Shown piece after piece: positions 1 through 9,699 of a stretch of 64,000 bases of DNA. The DNA is taken from positions 16,116,587 to 16,180,586 of the forward strand of contig CM120648.1 of NCBI GenBank assembly GCA_051362555.1, in the 5' to 3' direction. A model generated the notes under the pieces. That model was not told the origin of the DNA and did no database searches. It was given only the letters and a program-made list of their open reading frames with translations. The position numbers and the translations under genes are program-made. Source of the stretch: Lingula anatina. Its lineage: Eukaryota; Animalia; Brachiopoda. The number at the start of each line of letters is the position of its first letter. Positions within the stretch are counted from its first letter, which is position 1.

Positions 1-1527
1 AAACTGTACACAGAGGTGACAAGAGAAGGACCAGGGTGCAAGGCAGCAGTACCTAATGTAGCCATACAAGTTGGACTGTCCCAGACAATGATATCAAATG
101 TTGCATGCCGGCGAATTTTGATGTCAGCTCACATCCCTGTACCAGCAACAAGTGGGATGCAGAAACATACAAACAGTGTGCATGACAAGATAGTGGAAGC
201 CAACAGAGGTGACATGGCCAGAAGGCAGGCTCAGCTGCATGAGAACAACCAAGTAATGGGCCTCCCCAGAGACGCACCCATCAGAGTAGAGGGAGATGGA
301 CGTTATAATAACCCCCTGTATTCAGGTGCAGGGAAAACTCCCTTCCAGGCAGGCACACAGGCAGTGTATACAGTAGTTGAAAATCAAACTAAGAGCAAAC
401 AGGTGATTGCTGTGGCAACAAAAAATAAACTCTGTACTACAGCACAAAGACTGAGAAACAAGGGGCAGCATGTGACATGTCCAGATCACCATGGCCACTG
501 CTCTGCTTCAGCACCTCCTAACTCCAGCATTGGCGATGAAGCTGACCTAGCCCAGGCATGTGTGTTGGAAATGCAGCAGGACAACGAGCCAACACGTGTG
601 AAGTACTGCATTCTGGATGGTGATTCATGTGCACTGAAGGGTTTCCAACCTACCTCAGAGACATCAACAAGTGATACCCCTCCGCTTCTACTAAAAGACA
701 CCCGTCACCTCAGTCTTGGACAGAAACGTGCACTGGCCAAAGTATCCTGGAGTTCTGGGATGTTTCCTAGACATCTGAAAATAGAGAAAGAAAAACTGAT
801 TAACAGATTCAATGAGGATGTTAAGGGTCAGTGTGCTATGACATTGTCACTGTGTTATGATGCATGTGCTGGAGATGTGAACAAGATGATAAAAAAACTG
901 ACCTATGCCACTGATGCCATGATTGACTGTTACAATGGAAACCATGACTTATGCAAAAGAGGCAAGTCCTTCACATGTCAGGGCACAAAAAGACACCATT
1001 GGAACAAGCCCATGCTACCAGAAGGCTACAGGCTACATATGACTGATGAGGATAAAGATAAATTAAGACAATGTATTGGTTACAAATTGGACAGAAATGC
1101 AGTGCTCTCTCAGCAATTTAATAGTAACAGTCAAAAAGCAGAAGCAGTTAACCGCACCTATACATCAACAAACCCAAAATGTGTCACCATGACAAGGAAT
1201 TTCAGTGGCAGGATACACAGTGCTGTCCACAAGGTGAACAATGGACCAGGTCAGTCTACAGTGCAGCTACTGGAACATGTTGGAGCCAGCCTTCCACACA
1301 ATTCCCGTGTTCGATGCCAGCTGAAAAGTGAAGATGCACAAGTGAAAAAGAGAAAAGACTCTAAAAAGACTATTAAAAGCAAGCAAAACAGAATAAAAAC
1401 TGTTCTAAGAAACTATCAAATGTATGACTCTAGACCAGAAAAAGTTGTGTACAAAAAAGGCATGCATGACAAGCTGCCACAGAAATCCATTAGATGCCCT
1501 CCAGATCATAATTATAATAAAAAATAA
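1..1527 (+). CDS. DDE transposase, Mutator-like/Kolobok-type (5'-truncated by window edge)
   Basis: Open frame with VEGDGRYNNP, LDGDS, KDTRH, SQKAEAVN motifs. Confidence 0.8.
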   Translation, partial: KLYTEVTREGPGCKAAVPNVAIQVGLSQTMISNVACRRILMSAHIPVPATSGMQKHTNSVHDKIVEANRGDMARRQAQLHENNQVMGLPRDAPIRVEGDGRYNNPLYSGAGKTPFQAGTQAVYTVVENQTKSKQVIAVATKNKLCTTAQRLRNKGQHVTCPDHHGHCSASAPPNSSIGDEADLAQACVLEMQQDNEPTRVKYCILDGDSCALKGFQPTSETSTSDTPPLLLKDTRHLSLGQKRALAKVSWSSGMFPRHLKIEKEKLINRFNEDVKGQCAMTLSLCYDACAGDVNKMIKKLTYATDAMIDCYNGNHDLCKRGKSFTCQGTKRHHWNKPMLPEGYRLHMTDEDKDKLRQCIGYKLDRNAVLSQQFNSNSQKAEAVNRTYTSTNPKCVTMTRNFSGRIHSAVHKVNNGPGQSTVQLLEHVGASLPHNSRVRCQLKSEDAQVKKRKDSKKTIKSKQNRIKTVLRNYQMYDSRPEKVVYKKGMHDKLPQKSIRCPPDHNYNKK

Positions 1528-1585
1528 TAATTTTATATAAACAACGTGGTTTGTTATTTATTTATTAAATTGTGTGGGGTTAATT

Positions 1586-1675
1586 TTACTTAAAAGTTGG
1601 GGTTAACTTTCGCGGTCACACTTAAAAGTTGGGGTTAACTTTCACAGCAGTCACACTTAAAAGTTGGGGTTAAAG
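1586..1675 (+). repeat. Three ~31-35 bp subrepeats (acttaaaagttggggttaa...) leading into the TTAGGG tract, in every unit
   Basis: Direct reading; one subrepeat is missing in the unit at ~5520. Confidence 0.85.
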
Positions 1676-1887
1676 TTAGGGTTAGGGTTAGACTTAGGGT
1701 TAGGGTTAGGGTTAAAGTTAGGGTTAGGGTTAGGGTTAGGGTTAAAGTTAGGGTTAGGGTTAGAGGGTTAGGGTTAGGGTTAGACTTAGGGTTAGGGTTA
1801 AAGTTAGGGTTAGGGTTAGACTTAGGGTTAAAGTTAGGGTTAGGGTTAGACTTAAGGTTAGGGTTAGGGTTAGTGTTAGGGTTAGGG
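1676..1887 (+). repeat. Degenerate (TTAGGG)n tract
   Basis: ttaggg hexamers interspersed with ttagac/ttaaag variants. Confidence 0.95.
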
Positions 1888-1914
1888 TTTGAGCTAGTTT
1901 TAAAAATGGGATAA

Positions 1915-2610
1915 ATATTCTCCTACCGGCAGCTCTCTATCTTGTTAGTAAACAAACCACTGCACTGCTGACATTTAGGAGTTCCCTGCACCAGAGGTCC
2001 CACACTGCAACACAACTATCCTTGGTCCTGGAAAAAAAATGTGCAGTATTTAACATCCTAGCCTGCTAGTTGGCACCAAAATTAACTCTAACAAAACAGG
2101 AAAAATGTCAGAAACAAAGAGGAAAAAATGAAATACAATTTTTATACACTGTATTTTAGCAGAACTACATTTTGTCTGTCCTATACATGTCGTATTCTGT
2201 CATTGTAATGACCTATTTTTAGGGTTACACTTGCCACACAAGGGTAGAAACCACCAAATAATTTCCCTTTGACAACTATACAAAGAAATGCCTGCAAAAC
2301 TGCATGAATAAAAACATTTCCCATCCCCATGGACGGCAGACACACTGACATAACTCCCAATGGCACAAAAATATACTGTCACCAGACATTATTTCTTACC
2401 GGCATTACTTGAACATGTGACCCTTCTGTTTGTAAGCAAACCACTGCACTGCTCACATGTAGTAGCTCCCTCCGCCAGAGGTCTCACGACTGCACCACAA
2501 CTATGCCTGGTCCTGAAAAAAAAAAACTGGCAGTAGTTTACACCCTGGCCTGCTAGTTGATCCCAAATTTAACCCTAGCAACACACAAGAAATACCAGGA
2601 AAAAAAATGA
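1915..2610 (+). repeat. Diverged ~200-bp internal direct repeat pair in the unit spacer (about 1915-2110 and 2390-2610)
   Basis: Shared collinear blocks taccggca, aaaccactgcactgct, ccagaggtc, cacaactat, tggtcctg, gcctgctagttg at offset about 484 bp. Confidence 0.85.
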
Positions 2611-3324
2611 AAAAAAGCACTATTTTTATCTGAATGAACTATATTCGTCTATAACAGATGCTAATTGGCTGATTTATCAGTTTCCGCCCAGAACCAGAAA
2701 CCAAAAATAACAAAATGACAATCCACCTACATATCCGGTTTAAAGTAGTGCTCAAACTTAATCAATCTTTATGAAATATTCACCAAAAACTCAACAGCAA
2801 TCCTGAAACATATCTGGAAAATTTGGTGCCTGTTGTAACAGTACTTATTGATATATTGCAGAATAAAAACATAGTCCAATTTACTGTGTTACACCTGTAA
2901 ATTACAACAAAAATGAGAGTAATTATGGTATGTGAAGACCTGTGATTTTATGAAAAAGCTATATATCACTTCCAATTTTTTTACGTGAACAACTTGTTCC
3001 TTTAGCTAATCAAAAAAAATATTTCCACACACATTTACCTACTATATATGACCATTTTATGGAAAGTTTTAAGCTCCCCACCCCCCTAAATACATAGATA
3101 AATGGATAAAAATGCTGATGCATTATTCCAAACATCTAAGACCTAAAACCAACATTGCATACAAAAGACAAGGTGTCACTTCCTCACATGGAAAAAAAAT
3201 TCCCAGGTTTACATCTGTGTAAACACTTTCCCTGGGGAGTTGAAATCAGTAGGGGCTCTGGGCCAGGTGGCTAGGGACAGGGAGCTAACACAAACATCCT
3301 GCTGCCTGGCCTCCTGCTGCCCTG

Positions 3325-3358
3325 TATAAAAGAGACCCCAGCTCAGCCAAAAATCATA
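3325..3358 (+). promoter_or_regulatory. TATA box and Inr-like site of transposase gene (repeated in each full unit)
   Basis: tataaaag at 3325 with tcata about 30 nt downstream, preceding ATGs at 3386 and 3447. Confidence 0.55.
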
Positions 3359-3446
3359 CCAGCTCACAGAGTTAGTCTGAAGTCCATGAGTGAAAAATAC
3401 TGTCATCTTAGAGGAGAAAAAAAAATTAGAGTTGCCAGGAGACAGA

Positions 3447-5456
3447 ATGCCTGGAAGAAAAAAGGCCAGAAAATGGTATTTTAAGCCAGGCAATACCTAT
3501 GGGTCTCAGTACTGGCAAGGTGTCAGTGAAAAAAAAGCAGACCAGAGGAAAGAAGAAAGTCACCCCTTTACCAGACTGAGTGCTACTCAGTATGAAGACC
3601 TTGTGACAGTGAGGAGAGATGGCACTCTCAGCCTCCATGATGTTGATGGAAATCCTGCTCCAGTGAGGTTGCTGAGACCAGTAAAACCAAAGGCCACAGT
3701 CCAGCAGCCTGAGTCTGATGGCAAGCCACCAGTCAGTGATGATGTCTACAAGCTACACCATCAGGGGAAGCTGCTGCAGTTTTTTAATGACTGCTTTCAA
3801 GAGCATGCAGAGACCAGTGCTGGTTGTGATGGCAGACTTGTCTTCGACCCAAACAAAGAGGAGAAGCGAGGACTGTGTTGGAAGGAGGAAATGAAGTGTG
3901 AGAAATGCAGCTATCACCCTAAAAAGACAAAACTGTACACAGAGGTGACAAGAGAAGGACCAGGGTGCAAGGCAGCAGTACCTAATGTAGCCATACAAGT
4001 TGGACTGTCCCAGACAATGATATCAAATGTTGCATGCCGGCGAATTTTGATGTCAGCTCACATCCCTGTACCAGCAACAAGTGGGATGCAGAAACATACA
4101 AACAGTGTGCATGACAAGATAGTGGAAGCCAACAGAGGTGACATGGCCAGAAGGCAGGCTCAGCTGCATGAGAACAACCAAGTAATGGGCCTCCCCAGAG
4201 ACGCACCCATCAGAGTAGAGGGAGATGGACGTTATAATAACCCCCTGTATTCAGGTGCAGGGAAAACTCCCTTCCAGGCAGGCACACAGGCAGTGTATAC
4301 AGTAGTTGAAAATCAAACTAAGAGCAAACAGGTGATTGCTGTGGCAACAAAAAATAAACTCTGTACTACAGCACAAAGACTGAGAAACAAGGGGCAGCAT
4401 GTGACATGTCCAGATCACCATGGCCACTGCTCTGCTTCAGCACCTCCTAACTCCAGCATTGGCGATGAAGCTGACCTAGCCCAGGCATGTGTGTTGGAAA
4501 TGCAGCAGGACAACGAGCCAACACGTGTGAAGTACTGCATTCTGGATGGTGATTCATGTGCACTGAAGGGTTTCCAACCTACCTCAGAGACATCAACAAG
4601 TGATACCCCTCCGCTTCTACTAAAAGACACCCGTCACCTCAGTCTTGGACAGAAACGTGCACTGGCCAAAGTATCCTGGAGTTCTGGGATGTTTCCTAGA
4701 CATCTGAAAATAGAGAAAGAAAAACTGATTAACAGATTCAATGAGGATGTTAAGGGTCAGTGTGCTATGACATTGTCACTGTGTTATGATGCATGTGCTG
4801 GAGATGTGAACAAGATGATAAAAAAACTGACCTATGCCACTGATGCCATGATTGACTGTTACAATGGAAACCATGACTTATGCAAAAGAGGCAAGTCCTT
4901 CACATGTCAGGGCACAAAAAGACACCATTGGAACAAGCCCATGCTACCAGAAGGCTACAGGCTACATATGACTGATGAGGATAAAGATAAATTAAGACAA
5001 TGTATTGGTTACAAATTGGACAGAAATGCAGTGCTCTCTCAGCACTTTAATAGTAACAGTCAAAAAGCAGAAGCAGTTAACCGCACCTATACATCAACAA
5101 ACCCAAAATGTGTCACCATGACAAGGAATTTCAGTGGCAGGATACACAGTGCTGTCCACAAGGTGAACAATGGACCAGGTCAGTCTACAGTGCAGCTACT
5201 GGAACATGTTGGAGCCAGCCTTCCACACAATTCCCGTGTTCGATGCCAGCTGAAAAGTGAAGATGCACAAGTGAAAAAGAGAAAAGACTCTAAAAAGACT
5301 ATTAAAAGCAAGCAAAACAGAATAAAAACTGTTCTAAGAAACTATCAAATGTATGACTCTAGACCAGAAAAAGTTGTGTACAAAAAAGGCATGCATGACA
5401 AGCTGCCACAGAAATCCATTAGATGCCCTCCAGATCATAATTATAATAAAAAATAA
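3447..5456 (+). CDS. DDE transposase, Mutator-like/Kolobok-type (669 aa from first in-frame ATG, MPGRKK)
   Basis: Intronless ORF; Cys cluster (C..G...CEKC), putative catalytic D (GDGRY), D (DGDS), DxxH, E (KAEAVN); basic C-terminus. Confidence 0.8.
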   Translation: MPGRKKARKWYFKPGNTYGSQYWQGVSEKKADQRKEESHPFTRLSATQYEDLVTVRRDGTLSLHDVDGNPAPVRLLRPVKPKATVQQPESDGKPPVSDDVYKLHHQGKLLQFFNDCFQEHAETSAGCDGRLVFDPNKEEKRGLCWKEEMKCEKCSYHPKKTKLYTEVTREGPGCKAAVPNVAIQVGLSQTMISNVACRRILMSAHIPVPATSGMQKHTNSVHDKIVEANRGDMARRQAQLHENNQVMGLPRDAPIRVEGDGRYNNPLYSGAGKTPFQAGTQAVYTVVENQTKSKQVIAVATKNKLCTTAQRLRNKGQHVTCPDHHGHCSASAPPNSSIGDEADLAQACVLEMQQDNEPTRVKYCILDGDSCALKGFQPTSETSTSDTPPLLLKDTRHLSLGQKRALAKVSWSSGMFPRHLKIEKEKLINRFNEDVKGQCAMTLSLCYDACAGDVNKMIKKLTYATDAMIDCYNGNHDLCKRGKSFTCQGTKRHHWNKPMLPEGYRLHMTDEDKDKLRQCIGYKLDRNAVLSQHFNSNSQKAEAVNRTYTSTNPKCVTMTRNFSGRIHSAVHKVNNGPGQSTVQLLEHVGASLPHNSRVRCQLKSEDAQVKKRKDSKKTIKSKQNRIKTVLRNYQMYDSRPEKVVYKKGMHDKLPQKSIRCPPDHNYNKK

Positions 5457-5572
5457 TAATTTTATATAAACAACGTGGTTTGTTATTTATTTATTAAATT
5501 GTGTGGGGTTAATTTTACTTAAAAGTTGGGGTTAACTTTCACAGCAGTCACACTTAAAAGTTGGGGTTAAAG

Positions 5573-5778
5573 TTAGGGTTAGGGTTAGACATAGGGTTAG
5601 GGTTAGGGTTAAAGTTAGGGTTAGGGTTAGAGGGTTAGGGTTAGGGTAAGGGTTAGGGTTAGACTTGGGGTTAGACTTAGGGTTAGGGTTAAAGTTAGGG
5701 TTAGGGTTAGACTTAGGGTTAAAGTTAGGGTTAGGGTTAGACTTAGGGTTAGGGTTAGGGTTAGTGTTAGGGTTAGGG
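5573..5778 (+). repeat. Degenerate (TTAGGG)n tract
   Basis: Direct reading. Confidence 0.95.
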
Positions 5779-7335
5779 TTTGAGCTAGTTTTAAAAATGG
5801 GATAAATATTCTCCTACCGGCAGCTCTCTATCTTGTTAGTAAACAAACCACTGCACTGCTGACATTTAGGAGTTCCCTGCACCAGAGGTCCCACACTGCA
5901 ACACAACTATCCTTGGTCCTGGAAAAAAAATATGCAGTATTTAACATCCTAGCCTGCTAGTTGGCACCAAAATTAACTCTAACAAAACAGGAAAAATGTC
6001 AGAAACAAAGAGGAAAAAATGAAATACAATTTTTATACACTGTATTTTAGCAGAACTACATTTTGTCTGTCCTACACATATCGTATTCTGTCATTGTAAT
6101 GACCTATTTTTAGGGTTACACTTGCCACACAAGGGTAGAAACCACCAAATAATTTCCCTTTGACAACTATACAAAGAAATGCCTGCAAAACTGCATGAAT
6201 AAAAACATTTCCCATCCCCATGGACGGCAGACACACTGACATAACTCCCAATGGCACAAAAATATACTGTCACCAGACATTATTTCTTACCGGCATTACT
6301 TGAACATGTGACCCTTCTGTTTGTAAGCAAACCACTGCACTGCTCACATGTAGTAGCTCCCTCCGCCAGAGGTCTCACGACTGCACCACAACTATGCCTG
6401 GTCCTGAAAAAAAAACTGGCAGTAGTTTACACCCTGGCCTGCTAGTTGATCCCAAATTTAACCCTAGCAACACACAAGAAATACCAGGAAAAAAAATGAA
6501 AAAAAGCACTATTTTTATCTGAATGAACTATATTCGTCTATAACAGATGCTAATTGGCTGATTTATCAGTTTCCGCCCAGAACCAGAAACCAAAAATAAC
6601 AAAATGACAATCCACCTACATATCCGGTTTAAAGTAGTGCTCAAACTTAATCAATCTTTATGAAATATTCACCAAAAACTCAACAGCAATCCTGAAACAT
6701 ATCTGGAAAATTTGGTGCCTGTTGTAACAGTACTTATTGATATATTGCAGAATAAAAACATAGTCCAATTTACTGTGTTACACCTGTAAATTACAACAAA
6801 AATGAGAGTAATTATGGTATGTGAAGACCTGTGATTTTATGAAAAAGCTATATATCACTTCCAATTATTTTACGTGAACAACTTGTTCCTTTAGCTAATC
6901 AAAAAAAATATTTCCACACACATTTACCTACTATATATGACCATTTTATGGAAAGTTTTAAGCTCCCCACCCCCCTAAATACATAGATAAATGGATAAAA
7001 ATGCTGATGCATTATTCCAAACATCTAAGACCTAAAACCAACATTGCATACAAAAGACAAGGTGTCACTTCCTCACATGGAAAAAAAATTCCCAGGTTTA
7101 CATCTGTGTAAACACTTTCCCTGGGGAGTTGAAATCAGTAGGGGCTCTGGGCCAGGTGGCTAGGGACAGGGAGCTAACACAAACATCCTGCTGCCTGGCC
7201 TCCTGCTGCCCTGTATAAAAGAGACCCCAGCTCAGCCAAAAATCATACCAGCTCACAGAGTTAGTCTGAAGTCCATGAGTGAAAAATACTGTCATCTTAG
7301 AGGAGAAAAAAAAATTAGAGTTGCCAGGAGACAGA

Positions 7336-9345
7336 ATGCCTGGAAGAAAAAAGGCCAGAAAATGGTATTTTAAGCCAGGCAATACCTATGGGTCTCAGTA
7401 CTGGCAAGGTGTCAGTGAAAAAAAAGCAGACCAGAGGAAAGAAGAAAGTCACCCCTTTACCAGACTGAGTGCTACTCAGTATGAAGACCTTGTGACAGTG
7501 AGGAGAGATGGCACTCTCAGCCTCCATGATGTTGATGGAAATCCTGCTCCAGTGAGGTTGCTGAGACCAGTAAAACCAAAGGCCACAGTCCAGCAGCCTG
7601 AGTCTGATGGCAAGCCACCAGTCAGTGATGATGTCTACAAGCTACACCATCAGGGGAAGCTGCTGCAGTTTTTTAATGACTGCTTTCAAGAGCATGCAGA
7701 GACCAGTGCTGGTTGTGATGGCAGACTTGTCTTCGACCCAAACAAAGAGGAGAAGCGAGGACTGTGTTGGAAGGAGGAAATGAAGTGTGAGAAATGCAGC
7801 TATCACCCTAAAAAGACAAAACTGTACACAGAGGTGACAAGAGAAGGACCAGGGTGCAAGGCAGCAGTACCTAATGTAGCCATACAAGTTGGACTGTCCC
7901 AGACAATGATATCAAATGTTGCATGCCGGCGAATTTTGATGTCAGCTCACATCCCTGTACCAGCAACAAGTGGGATGCAGAAACATACAAACAGTGTGCA
8001 TGACAAGATAGTGGAAGCCAACAGAGGTGACATGGCCAGAAGGCAGGCTCAGCTGCATGAGAACAACCAAGTAATGGGCCTCCCCAGAGACGCACCCATC
8101 AGAGTAGAGGGAGATGGACGTTATAATAACCCCCTGTATTCAGGTGCAGGGAAAACTCCCTTCCAGGCAGGCACACAGGCAGTGTATACAGTAGTTGAAA
8201 ATCAAACTAAGAGCAAACAGGTGATTGCTGTGGCAACAAAAAATAAACTCTGTACTACAGCACAAAGACTGAGAAACAAGGGGCAGCATGTGACATGTCC
8301 AGATCACCATGGCCACTGCTCTGCTTCAGCACCTCCTAACTCCAGCATTGGCGATGAAGCTGACCTAGCCCAGGCATGTGTGTTGGAAATGCAGCAGGAC
8401 AACGAGCCAACACGTGTGAAGTACTGCATTCTGGATGGTGATTCATGTGCACTGAAGGGTTTCCAACCTACCTCAGAGACATCAACAAGTGATACCCCTC
8501 CGCTTCTACTAAAAGACACCCGTCACCTCAGTCTTGGACAGAAACGTGCACTGGCCAAAGTATCCTGGAGTTCTGGGATGTTTCCTAGACATCTGAAAAT
8601 AGAGAAAGAAAAACTGATTAACAGATTCAATGAGGATGTTAAGGGTCAGTGTGCTATGACATTGTCACTGTGTTATGATGCATGTGCTGGAGATGTGAAC
8701 AAGATGATAAAAAAACTGACCTATGCCACTGATGCCATGATTGACTGTTACAATGGAAACCATGACTTATGCAAAAGAGGCAAGTCCTTCACATGTCAGG
8801 GCACAAAAAGACACCATTGGAACAAGCCCATGCTACCAGAAGGCTACAGGCTACATATGACTGATGAGGATAAAGATAAATTAAGACAATGTATTGGTTA
8901 CAAATTGGACAGAAATGCAGTGCTCTCTCAGCACTTTAATAGTAACAGTCAAAAAGCAGAAGCAGTTAACCGCACCTATACATCAACAAACCCAAAATGT
9001 GTCACCATGACAAGGAATTTCAGTGGCAGGATACACAGTGCTGTCCACAAGGTGAACAATGGACCAGGTCAGTCTACAGTGCAGCTACTGGAACATTTTG
9101 GAGCCAGCCTTCCACACAATTCCCGTGTTCGATGCCAGCTGAAAAGTGAAGATGCACAAGTGAAAAAGAGAAAAGACTCTAAAAAGACTATTAAAAGCAA
9201 GCAAAACAGAATAAAAACTGTTCTAAGAAACTATCAAATGTATGACTCTAGACCAGAAAAAGTTGTGTACAAAAAAGGCATGCATGACAAGCTGCCACAG
9301 AAATCCATTAGATGCCCTCCAGATCATAATTATAATAAAAAATAA
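7336..9345 (+). CDS. DDE transposase copy
   Basis: Near-identical to 3447-5456. Confidence 0.8.
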   Translation: MPGRKKARKWYFKPGNTYGSQYWQGVSEKKADQRKEESHPFTRLSATQYEDLVTVRRDGTLSLHDVDGNPAPVRLLRPVKPKATVQQPESDGKPPVSDDVYKLHHQGKLLQFFNDCFQEHAETSAGCDGRLVFDPNKEEKRGLCWKEEMKCEKCSYHPKKTKLYTEVTREGPGCKAAVPNVAIQVGLSQTMISNVACRRILMSAHIPVPATSGMQKHTNSVHDKIVEANRGDMARRQAQLHENNQVMGLPRDAPIRVEGDGRYNNPLYSGAGKTPFQAGTQAVYTVVENQTKSKQVIAVATKNKLCTTAQRLRNKGQHVTCPDHHGHCSASAPPNSSIGDEADLAQACVLEMQQDNEPTRVKYCILDGDSCALKGFQPTSETSTSDTPPLLLKDTRHLSLGQKRALAKVSWSSGMFPRHLKIEKEKLINRFNEDVKGQCAMTLSLCYDACAGDVNKMIKKLTYATDAMIDCYNGNHDLCKRGKSFTCQGTKRHHWNKPMLPEGYRLHMTDEDKDKLRQCIGYKLDRNAVLSQHFNSNSQKAEAVNRTYTSTNPKCVTMTRNFSGRIHSAVHKVNNGPGQSTVQLLEHFGASLPHNSRVRCQLKSEDAQVKKRKDSKKTIKSKQNRIKTVLRNYQMYDSRPEKVVYKKGMHDKLPQKSIRCPPDHNYNKK

Positions 9346-9493
9346 TAATTTTATATAAACAACGTGGTTTGTTATTTATTTATTAAATTGTGTGGGGTTA
9401 ATTTTACTTAAAAGTTGGGGTTAACTTTCGCGGTCACACTTAAAAGTTGGGGTTAACTTTCACAGCAGTCACACTTAAAAGTTGGGGTTAAAG

Positions 9494-9699
9494 TTAGGGT
9501 TAGGGTTAGACATAGGGTTAGGGTTAGGGTTAAAGTTAGGGTTAGGGTTAGAGGGTTAGGGTTAGGGTAAGGGTTAGGGTTAGACTTGGGGTTAGACTTA
9601 GGGTTAGGGTTAAAGTTAGGGTTAGGGTTAGACTTAGGGTTAAAGTTAGGGTTAGGGTTAGACTTAGGGTTAGGGTTAGGGTTAGTGTTAGGGTTAGGG
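9494..9699 (+). repeat. Degenerate (TTAGGG)n tract
   Basis: Direct reading; same variant pattern as 5573-5778. Confidence 0.95.

Noticed and set aside
1586-1675. CRISPR-like repeat-spacer pattern
   Set aside because: Only three repeats with 12-16 nt related spacers, eukaryotic context, no cas genes.
1676-1887. True chromosome end or telomere fusion site
   Set aside because: Tracts are short, all one orientation, variant-patterned and repeated in each unit; no head-to-head TTAGGG/CCCTAA junction.
2181-2382. Short minus-strand ORFs in the spacer as a second gene (e.g. His-Me finger nuclease)
   Set aside because: 60-61 aa, no Cys/His nuclease motif; conserved only because the unit is duplicated. 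A spliced gene cannot be fully excluded.
3390-3446. GTG-initiated N-terminal extension MKNTVILEE in the ORF track
   Set aside because: GTG start is a prokaryotic-code artefact in animal DNA; first in-frame ATG is 3447.
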